Below, piece after piece: positions 8,833 through 15,842 of a DNA stretch of 32,000 nucleotides. The notes beneath the pieces are model-generated. The model saw only the letters and a program-made list of their open reading frames with translations, made no database searches and was not told the origin of the DNA. Position 1 is the stretch's first letter. Each line of letters opens with the position of its first letter. The DNA is taken from contig NC_003551.1 in NCBI RefSeq assembly GCF_000007185.1, forward strand, positions 150,001-182,000, written 5' to 3'. Origin of the DNA: Methanopyrus kandleri AV19 (GTDB taxonomy: Archaea > JAADCQ01 > Methanopyri > Methanopyrales > Methanopyraceae). The position numbers were made by a program, and so were the translations under genes.

Positions 8833-9701
8833 TTGCTGAGACCCCTGTAGACTAGGTAGAGCCCGACCACGGCCGCCAGCACCACCGCCGCGATCAGGAA
8901 CAGGGACTCACCCGCTTTGTATTGACCCGCCGTGACGGCGCCCCCCGCACCAGCGCCTCCGGCGCCACCGACGCCCGCTCCACCCGCCGCACCGCCGGCG
9001 CCTCCACCTTCAGCTCCAGCCCCCGGGCCGCCGGCTCCTCTACTGTACTCCATGACGTACCTGATTTCGGGGAACGGACCGTACGGTCTGCCGTCGATGG
9101 TTACTCTACCGTCCTTAACACCGATTTTCCAGACCGGGACGTTATCGTTCACCCTCGCGGGCTTCGGGTCGGCATCGACCAGTCTACCGTCCGCTAGAAC
9201 GACCACCCCGCTGAGCTCCGTTTCCGGGGCACTGTTGACGTTTGCCTTTAACTCCATAGAGACCGAGATCCGCTCGTAGGAGCACTCGCTCATGTTGAAC
9301 GGCCAGCCGGCGTTCACCATCAGTGGGAAACCTTCCTCCAGGGAGACGTTACTCGCCACGATCTTGGCGTACGCCCTTGATCCAGAGATCTTGACGTCTT
9401 CGACCTTGGCACCCGAGATACCGATGTCCGACTCCCTAGGTTTTTGAGCACCCTTACCCGTGGCCTGCACCTCGATGACAAGTTTGGAGATAGTCACCGG
9501 GGGTTTTTTACCCTGACCGGTGGGCTCGGTGGGCTGTCCCACGGGCGCACCGGGGGACTGACCGGTTTGAGCTATGGTGATGGAGCCTACCAATGCGGAG
9601 TAAGCCACGCACATTCCCAGCATAACCAGTATAGTCGATTTTAAGGACAGTTTCAACAGGGTTTTCCCCCGCAGTGCGTCTACGTCTCCGGCAGTATCCA
9701 A
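8829..9701 (-). CDS. Secreted/envelope protein with Gly/Ala-rich linker and a C-terminal tripartite sorting-type signal
   Basis: N-terminal signal-like KLSLKSTILVMLGMCVAYSALVGSITIAQ (alternative TTG start 9656). The C-terminus is (GA-rich)...AVTAGQYKAGES, then the hydrophobic stretch LFLIAAVVLAAVVGLYLVY, then the basic tail RGLSK. It overlaps the sortase start by 4 nt. Confidence 0.6.
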   Translation of the reverse strand: MDTAGDVDALRGKTLLKLSLKSTILVMLGMCVAYSALVGSITIAQTGQSPGAPVGQPTEPTGQGKKPPVTISKLVIEVQATGKGAQKPRESDIGISGAKVEDVKISGSRAYAKIVASNVSLEEGFPLMVNAGWPFNMSECSYERISVSMELKANVNSAPETELSGVVVLADGRLVDADPKPARVNDNVPVWKIGVKDGRVTIDGRPYGPFPEIRYVMEYSRGAGGPGAGAEGGGAGGAAGGAGVGGAGGAGAGGAVTAGQYKAGESLFLIAAVVLAAVVGLYLVYRGLSK

Positions 9702-10819
9702 ATTCCTCCTTTGACACTCGATGCTATTAACACCTTAGGTTGAACCGCGTCTTTCGGTATTTCAACGATTACTAGTAAGTTCTCCCAGCTCCGGATACCT
9801 TCCCTAGCCTCAATGCTCATTAACTGACGAATGAAGCCGCCTCCCCGGCGTGCCCTTTCTACGGCCATCGCTTTCACCAGATCGCGGAGATCTACGAGCG
9901 CCACCGGCGACAGGTGAGGTGACGTGACTCTGGTGTTCAGGCCCGGGTAATTTTTAAGCGTATACGTGACACCCGTCCCGCCTCCGACGGCGTACGATCT
10001 CCCGGTTACGAGGCCTGCCGGGAATACCACCTTCCTTAGGGCCAAATCCGAGCTACCTGTACGGTACATGGTCTCCAACGCAGATGCTGATACTAGGTCA
10101 ATTTTGAAGTTATCTGGTAACCCGCCTTTAATCAGCATAATATATCGAACTATAGCCCCGCTTATTTGGTTGGGGCCCTTATATGCTTCCTTATTTTTAA
10201 CTTTAGCAATTTTCTTAAGAGCCCAGTTCGTAATCGATAGTGTCACCCTATCCCCGACTTTTATAGGACCCGTCTTATTCGGATCTGCCCAAATTGCTAT
10301 CAGTACTGTTTCAGGGCGCTTCACTTGAACTTTCATCAGTTCGTCAACACCCATCATCCTTATCTTGTTCAATGCGTCTCTGACAGTAAGCAACTGTGGT
10401 CCCTCAGGCGTAACTAATTCTACCCTCCCTTTCTTCTGATTCATTTTGATTTGCTTCGCCAGATACCTCCTCCACTCTACCGTTGCAGCGCCCACTACAT
10501 CAATTGCTTGTAACTGTTCTGGAGTCTCTGCTGAGAGTATTTGCTGCTGCAATTTAGTCCGCGTTGGTGAAGCTGCGAGCGGTCCTGTGAAATATGTGTT
10601 TAGCTCTTTCAACTTTTGAGCACGAAGTTTTTCCAACTGCTCTACATACGGTTTGTATACGAAAAAGTAGTACGCCCCACCGCCGGCGGCCAAGAAAATC
10701 AATCCTATGACGATCGCTCCGATCACGGCGTGGCGTCTCTCTTCCGGAATCTCAACGAAGTTCGTCGGTCTCACCGGCGGCCGCGGAAGCACCCTCTCAC
10801 CCCCCTCACCATGTACCAC
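9680..10819 (-). CDS. N-terminally anchored membrane protein, uncharacterised (AT-rich gene)
   Basis: 379-aa ORF with a single TM (AVIGAIVIGLIFLAAGGGAYYFFVY) followed by a coiled region. The C-terminal LLVIVEIPKDAVQPKVLIASSVKGGIWIL faintly recalls CpaB/SAF-type pilus-assembly proteins (weak). It overlaps both neighbours. Confidence 0.55.
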   Translation of the reverse strand: MVHGEGGERVLPRPPVRPTNFVEIPEERRHAVIGAIVIGLIFLAAGGGAYYFFVYKPYVEQLEKLRAQKLKELNTYFTGPLAASPTRTKLQQQILSAETPEQLQAIDVVGAATVEWRRYLAKQIKMNQKKGRVELVTPEGPQLLTVRDALNKIRMMGVDELMKVQVKRPETVLIAIWADPNKTGPIKVGDRVTLSITNWALKKIAKVKNKEAYKGPNQISGAIVRYIMLIKGGLPDNFKIDLVSASALETMYRTGSSDLALRKVVFPAGLVTGRSYAVGGGTGVTYTLKNYPGLNTRVTSPHLSPVALVDLRDLVKAMAVERARRGGGFIRQLMSIEAREGIRSWENLLVIVEIPKDAVQPKVLIASSVKGGIWILPET

Positions 10820-11502
10820 GAAAGTAGCGCCGTTATCGTGACCGAGGCGACAACTTCCAGCCCCCGTTTTATCTCATCCGGGGGGATCAGGAACGAGAAC
10901 AGGAGCACGAGGGATGAGAGACCTCCCGCGGCCAGGATCGCCGGATGGGGACGCTTGAGGCTCGGGAACTTGATCGAGGAGATCATCAGTAAGGCCGAGG
11001 TACCCAGTATCACGGTATTGAGGACATACCACAGGTATGACGGACCCAAATCGACTGTTAGGAAATAGAGACTGCTGGCTATCGTTCCGACCCACGGAAC
11101 TGGGAGGCCGAGGTAGTACTCACCCGGGTCGTACCCGTCGACACACATCGCGTTGAACCGGGCGAGTCGGAGGGCACCGCAGCAAACCATCAGGACGGCG
11201 AGAAGGTAACACATCGGAGCCGGCACGAGACCGGCGGTGACTACTAGCACGGCCGGTGCTACCGCGAACGAGACCAAGTCAGCCAGTGAGTCCAGGTTCA
11301 TCCCGAACTCGGACTCCTTTCCCGTCCTCCTGGCCACGAACCCGTCCAATGAGTCCGCGATGAAGGAGAGTATGATGAACCTGGCGGCCGCACCCGGAAA
11401 CCCTGCGATCGACGCTAGAAGTGAAAACGCTCCGAAGACCACGTTGGTCAGCGATACCACGCACGCGGGTGTGATCAGCTCCGAGATCTTCCAACGCTCC
11501 AC
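10771..11502 (-). CDS. pssA: CDP-alcohol phosphatidyltransferase, archaetidylserine synthase-like
   Basis: Signature D-G-x2-A-R-x8-G-x3-D-x3-D is present (ADSLDGFVARRTGKESEFGMNLDSLADLV). Multi-TM protein. A PSD homologue lies immediately upstream. Confidence 0.85.
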   Translation of the reverse strand: MERWKISELITPACVVSLTNVVFGAFSLLASIAGFPGAAARFIILSFIADSLDGFVARRTGKESEFGMNLDSLADLVSFAVAPAVLVVTAGLVPAPMCYLLAVLMVCCGALRLARFNAMCVDGYDPGEYYLGLPVPWVGTIASSLYFLTVDLGPSYLWYVLNTVILGTSALLMISSIKFPSLKRPHPAILAAGGLSSLVLLFSFLIPPDEIKRGLEVVASVTITALLSWYMVRGVRGCFRGRR

Positions 11503-11508
11503 GTTACC

Positions 11509-12162
11509 TCACCTCTTCACCCTAATCACGGGAGTCTCGCCGGCCTTTACACTGTCCCCTTTACGTACGAGTAGCTCCTCCACGCTACTTCGGGGGACAG
11601 CCAGGTCGACCCTTGACCCGAATCGGATCATGCCGATCGGTTCCCCCTTGTTCACCTCGTCTCCCTCCTGTACGTACAGGTCGATCCTGCGCGCGACCGC
11701 TCCCGATACTAAACGGACGACGAACGGGGGGTCGCCGTCGAACAGCAACACCGCCCGGTTGTTCTCGGTGGCCGAATCTTTCCGGAAAGCCGGACGGAAC
11801 CGTCCTTTTAAAATCTCGGCCTCCACGACCCGCCCGTCCAGCGGGGCGCGGTTCACGTGCACGTCGAGCGGCGACATGAACACGGACACCGTTATCGGGT
11901 CGTCTAGGTACGAGCTCAACTCGTCGTCGGATGCCTCCCCGGCTTCCATCACGTAACCCAGCAGTCTACCGTCCGCGGGTGATACCGCGAGGGAAGGGTC
12001 CGAAGGAGGTTCACGCGGAGGGTTACGGAAGAAGAACGCCAGGAACGCCGCGGTTCCGAGGCAGAGGAAGGATAAGGGGCGAGACCATGGGAACAGTGCT
12101 GCGCCGAGGGCCGCCGGTGGTGTTACGAACTTCCACCATCCAGGCGCCATCAAATCGCTCAC
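11509..12162 (-). CDS. psd: Archaetidyl/phosphatidylserine decarboxylase-related proenzyme
   Basis: Short PSD family: SVFMSPLDVHVNRAPLDG, RLVSGAVARRI, and a self-cleavage type FGSRVDL motif. Confidence 0.85.
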   Translation of the reverse strand: MSDLMAPGWWKFVTPPAALGAALFPWSRPLSFLCLGTAAFLAFFFRNPPREPPSDPSLAVSPADGRLLGYVMEAGEASDDELSSYLDDPITVSVFMSPLDVHVNRAPLDGRVVEAEILKGRFRPAFRKDSATENNRAVLLFDGDPPFVVRLVSGAVARRIDLYVQEGDEVNKGEPIGMIRFGSRVDLAVPRSSVEELLVRKGDSVKAGETPVIRVKR

Positions 12163-12707
12163 ACCCGCTCACAGACGAACACGAACCCGGGGACGATGTG
12201 TACCCACTTCAGGTACTTTTCCAGCACGCGGAGTGGAACCTCGTGATGGAGTAATTTAGTGAAGTATCCGGGCCAGTGCGTCAGCTGCACGAACCTGCCT
12301 GAAGTCTTAAGAACTGTCGCGCAGGATCGGAGGAACTCGAGGGGCTCGGGCACGGTTTTGACGGGGACCGTCGACAGTACGGCGTCGACGTTATCCACGA
12401 GCTCCGGTAGCTCGCGTGCGTCCGCGACCACGAACTCGATGGAGTCTTCCACCCCGTACTCCTCCGCGTTCCTCCGGGCCATGTCGATCATCTCGGGATC
12501 GACGTCGACGGCCAGCACTTCACACCCCATCTCCGCCGCCGCAATGGCGACGACTCCGTTCCCGGTACCCGCGTCCACCACGAAATCTCCTTCCTCCACC
12601 CCGGCCGCCCGAACCATGAACTCGGCGGTTTCCCTGCGGGTAGGGGCCGGCGCGCCCACTCGGAGCGGTTCGCGGAGTGCCTTTCTGACGAACGCCCATA
12701 CGCTCAT
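12159..12707 (-). CDS. Class I SAM-dependent methyltransferase, phospholipid N-methyltransferase-like
   Basis: From ATG 12707: MSVWAFVRKALREPLRVGAPAPTRRETAEFM (family-typical N-terminus), SAM motif VVDAGTGNGVVAIA, and C-terminal VPGFVFVCER. The Pro-rich extension to 12953 in the ORF track overlaps the GTPase gene and is rejected. There is a 4-nt overlap with the psd start. Confidence 0.7.
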   Translation of the reverse strand: MSVWAFVRKALREPLRVGAPAPTRRETAEFMVRAAGVEEGDFVVDAGTGNGVVAIAAAEMGCEVLAVDVDPEMIDMARRNAEEYGVEDSIEFVVADARELPELVDNVDAVLSTVPVKTVPEPLEFLRSCATVLKTSGRFVQLTHWPGYFTKLLHHEVPLRVLEKYLKWVHIVPGFVFVCERV

Positions 12708-12730
12708 GGTATCCCCCCAGGGGTGGTGGT

Positions 12731-13357
12731 GTGGGAGTTCGCGAAGTCTTAAGACGCTTGGCGGCCGCTCTGAGGTCCGGACCCGAGGAGCTGGACATCG
12801 GAATATACGGGGCTCCCAACGTGGGCAAAACGACGCTGGCGAATCGCATCGCCCAGGATTGGGAGGCGGAGGAGTTCGGTCAAGTGTCGGAGGTCCCTCA
12901 CGAGACTCGGGAATCGGTGCGTCGAGAGGTAGCGATAGAGGTGGGATCAACAACGGTTAAATTCAACATCGTGGACACACCCGGCATCGCCACGAAGGTA
13001 GACTACCGTAAGTTCTTGGAGTACGGGCTTGACGTGCAAGAGGCGAAACAGAGGGCCAAAGAGGCTACTCGAGGGGTGGTGGAAGCGATCAAGCTCCTAA
13101 AGGACATCGACGGGGCGCTGGTCGTCATCGACTCCACCAAGGATCCCCTGAGTCAAGTCAACGTAACCCTGATAGGCAACCTGGAGGCCAACGACGTCCC
13201 GTTCTTGGTCGTTGCGAACAAAATAGACTTGGAGGAAGCCGACCCTGAAGCTGTCCGGAAAGCGTTCTCGGAATACCCCGTAGTCGCCGTCTCCGCGAAG
13301 ACCGGGGAGAACATGGCTAAGCTGTACGAAGCCATGGTTAGGGAGTTTACGAGTTGA
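12731..13357 (+). CDS. Small P-loop GTPase (Era/Ras-like, archaeal type)
   Basis: G1 GAPNVGKTT, G3 DTPG, G4 NKID, G5 SAK. Confidence 0.85.
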   Translation: MGVREVLRRLAAALRSGPEELDIGIYGAPNVGKTTLANRIAQDWEAEEFGQVSEVPHETRESVRREVAIEVGSTTVKFNIVDTPGIATKVDYRKFLEYGLDVQEAKQRAKEATRGVVEAIKLLKDIDGALVVIDSTKDPLSQVNVTLIGNLEANDVPFLVVANKIDLEEADPEAVRKAFSEYPVVAVSAKTGENMAKLYEAMVREFTS

Positions 13358-13716
13358 CGGACGGCGAGGTTAAAGTGGAGGTGCTAGCTAAATCGGCTTT
13401 AGAGAGGATGTCGACGGAGGAGGTCGTGGAGTACGTCATCGAAAAAACTAGGGGCGGGTCCGTGATCGTACTTGAGGGACAGTTAGACCCGGAGACGCTA
13501 ACACAGATCATCCGTGAGACTATGGAAAATGTGGATCTGGAAGAGTTCACAGGTGTGGACATCTACGTGGTACCACCGAAGGCGAAGACGGATAAAGGAC
13601 TTTTCGACAGACTGCTGGGACGCCAGTCCGAGGAGGGTATGACCGTGATCTCACCCGCGGACGTTCTGAAGGATATGAAAAAGGGGAAGGATTTCATCAC
13701 GCTAAAACTCGGATGA
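13354..13716 (+). CDS. DUF2073-like conserved archaeal protein
   Basis: VIVLEGQLDPETLTQIIRETMENVDLEEFTGVDI matches my memory of the LE.GL.PEEE..LIE.TM..ID...F.GIE signature of the archaeal family that follows this GTPase. 4-nt overlap with the GTPase gene. Confidence 0.6.
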   Translation: MTDGEVKVEVLAKSALERMSTEEVVEYVIEKTRGGSVIVLEGQLDPETLTQIIRETMENVDLEEFTGVDIYVVPPKAKTDKGLFDRLLGRQSEEGMTVISPADVLKDMKKGKDFITLKLG

Positions 13717-13729
13717 CGGGAGATCTGCT

Positions 13730-13984
13730 ATGCCTCATATATGTATAAGATGCGGCGAAGTGTACGACAAGGTTACAAAAGAACTCATACGTCGGGGTTG
13801 CTTAAAATGTGGGTGTAGACTGTTTAAGCGGGTATCTGAGGATGACGGAGATAACCCAGCAACGATCGTTGTCGAACGTGATGGCGTTTACACAATTAAC
13901 ATTGAAAACATTGACGATGTTGTAACTGTATATAAATCAGGTAGATTCTTCATAGTGCTTCCGGAGCAAAAGTACGGGGATTAG
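13730..13984 (+). CDS. Zn-ribbon protein (DUF2072-like)
   Basis: MPHICIRCGEVYDKVTKELIRRGCLKCGCRLF: a CxxC...CxxC ribbon with the family-typical MPH.C..CG N-terminus. Confidence 0.6.
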   Translation: MPHICIRCGEVYDKVTKELIRRGCLKCGCRLFKRVSEDDGDNPATIVVERDGVYTINIENIDDVVTVYKSGRFFIVLPEQKYGD

Positions 13985-13988
13985 GCAA

Positions 13989-14609
13989 TTGAAGACCACA
14001 GAAAGACCTGAACTGAGAGTTAAAATACTTAGAGCAGCTGCAGTATCTCACGAAGACATCAGTAAGGAAATGGATTCATACTGTGCAATACTAGGGGATC
14101 CAGAAAGCATTGATGATATCGTATATGAAGTGATGCGTCTATCTAATTTTGAAATTATCGACAACAGTATAGTGAAAACTAGACACGGAATAGTAGTTTG
14201 GAGGTACGGAGTTGTACTAATAAAATCGACGCCTGAGATTACTTCATTAATAAAGCGAATAGTGAGTGATACGAACCTCATGTCTGTAGTATTTAAGGCC
14301 AAGGACGGGAACTTTCTGATAGCAGGACCGGACATTGTCTTGAAAAAAATTTTGAGTAGTGCTAGAGTTAAAATGAAGGTTAAAGTGACCAAGCGTACCA
14401 GAGGTATAGCTTTCGTTGAAACTTCCACCGTGGTATTCGATGCGATGCCTGGATTCTTAAAAGACATAATTAACACGCTTCTCGGCATAGAAGAGGAAGT
14501 ATTCAGTATTTTGGTCCTAGACGTTGAAGATCCTGAAAAGTTTAAGAAGATCATCGATAAAGGACCGAATGTATATTGGAGGAGAATTGAAGAAGATAAA
14601 GAGACGTAG
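13989..14609 (+). CDS. Hypothetical protein, AT-rich gene (possibly two Roadblock/LC7-like halves; speculative)
   Basis: 206-aa ORF with a TTG start, packed tightly between the Zn-ribbon gene and mreB. No motif recognised with confidence. Confidence 0.5.
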   Translation: MKTTERPELRVKILRAAAVSHEDISKEMDSYCAILGDPESIDDIVYEVMRLSNFEIIDNSIVKTRHGIVVWRYGVVLIKSTPEITSLIKRIVSDTNLMSVVFKAKDGNFLIAGPDIVLKKILSSARVKMKVKVTKRTRGIAFVETSTVVFDAMPGFLKDIINTLLGIEEEVFSILVLDVEDPEKFKKIIDKGPNVYWRRIEEDKET

Positions 14610-14624
14610 AGGGGTTGTAAGCGC

Positions 14625-15806
14625 TTGCCATTGTGGAAGAGAAAGAAAAAAGAGGAGACAAAGCAAGAGAAAAAGATTGAAGAAGAGAAGAAGGAGAATA
14701 ATGAAAAGAAAGCTTCTAAACTACCAACATCTATTCAAGAGGCACTTAGTGAAGAGCCCGAAATAGAGATAGATGAAGGGCTCGAAGCACTTGGTATAGA
14801 TTTAGGCACCATGAACACAGTGGTTGCGAGGCCGGCCGAGGAGGAGTTTTTGGTGAAGCAATTTCCGTCTGTAGTAGCCGTGAAGAAGGGTACGAATCGA
14901 GTTTTGGCTATAGGTGAAGAAGCCCGCCGAATGCTCGGACGGACTCCCGAGGACATCGTGGCCGTGCGTCCAATGCGTCACGGTGTGATCGAGTCCTTAG
15001 AGTACGCCAAGTTCATAGTTCAGTACGCGATCGAGCTCGGATCGGACAACAGTCCCGAAGAAATCGAACGCGTCGCCGTAGGAGTGCCGGGTGATGCATC
15101 CGAGGTGGAGAGAGAAGCCATCGAAGAGGCGACCTCGGACGTCGGAATGGATAAGGACAACGTGATCGTGATCAACGAAGCCCTAGCGGCCGCCATCGGA
15201 GCCGGACTGCCGATCGCGGAGCCGGACGGTACTATGGTGATCGACATCGGAGCGGGTTCCACCGATATCGCCGTTATATCGTTGGGTGGAATCACCGACC
15301 AGGAGACCATGAGGGTCGGTGGGGACAACATCGACCAGAACATCGTCGATCTCGTGGAGGAGGAGTTCGGGGTGCGGATCGGCATCCACGAAGCCGAGCG
15401 GGCGAAAGTGGAGGTAGGTAAAGTCTTCACTGAGACCGAGGACATCGAGGACAAGGAGATCGAAGTGGTAGGCAAGGACATCGAAACGAACAAGCCCAAG
15501 GAGATCACTATCGACTCCGAGCTGGTGGCTAAAGCCGCGGAGCCCGTCGTCCAAGAGATCATCAGGGCCATCGAGAGTATCCTCGACAGGTTGCCGCCGG
15601 AGTTGGTCCCGGGCGTGTACGAGAACACCGTGCTCGTCGGAGGTACCTCACTAATGCGAGGCCTCCGAGCTAGGATCGAAGAGGAAACCGACGTACCGGC
15701 CGAGCTCGTAGACGATCCCCTGACGGTAGTAGCGAAGGGTGCCGCGATCGTAGCCGCGGAGCCGAAGACCTTGGAGCCCGAGATAAGACTCAAGGCTCTG
15801 AAGTGA
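14625..15806 (+). CDS. mreB: Actin-like rod-shape protein MreB with ~54-aa K/E-rich N-terminal extension
   Basis: GIDLGTMNTVV (phosphate 1), VAVGVPG, INEALAAAIGAG, MVIDIGAGSTDIAVISLGG (phosphate 2), GGDNIDQ, VLVGGTSLMRGL. The only in-frame starts upstream of the core are TTG 14625 and 14631. Confidence 0.9.
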   Translation: MPLWKRKKKEETKQEKKIEEEKKENNEKKASKLPTSIQEALSEEPEIEIDEGLEALGIDLGTMNTVVARPAEEEFLVKQFPSVVAVKKGTNRVLAIGEEARRMLGRTPEDIVAVRPMRHGVIESLEYAKFIVQYAIELGSDNSPEEIERVAVGVPGDASEVEREAIEEATSDVGMDKDNVIVINEALAAAIGAGLPIAEPDGTMVIDIGAGSTDIAVISLGGITDQETMRVGGDNIDQNIVDLVEEEFGVRIGIHEAERAKVEVGKVFTETEDIEDKEIEVVGKDIETNKPKEITIDSELVAKAAEPVVQEIIRAIESILDRLPPELVPGVYENTVLVGGTSLMRGLRARIEEETDVPAELVDDPLTVVAKGAAIVAAEPKTLEPEIRLKALK

Positions 15807-15842
15807 AGTACCCAGAGCGTAAAGCGGCCGGGAAGGCTCCCG

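Noticed and set aside
8930-9010. Repetitive GCN/GGN tract, considered as a tandem repeat or CRISPR-like element
   Set aside because: It is the antisense of the Gly/Ala-rich linker (GAGGAAGGAGVGGAGGAGAGG) within the sorting-signal protein. This is low-complexity coding sequence, not a spaced repeat array. No CRISPR array occurs anywhere in the window.
12708-12953. Pro-rich 82-aa N-terminal extension of the methyltransferase ORF (ORF track 12159-12953)
   Set aside because: It overlaps the GTPase gene on the other strand and has low-complexity P/R composition. The family-typical N-terminus begins exactly at ATG 12707, which has its own SD.
14524-14766. 80-aa Lys/Arg-rich ORF overlapping the ORF206/mreB junction
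   Set aside because: It is an alternative frame of the K/E-rich MreB leader and the ORF206 3' end. It is entirely low complexity, and both overlapping genes have better support.
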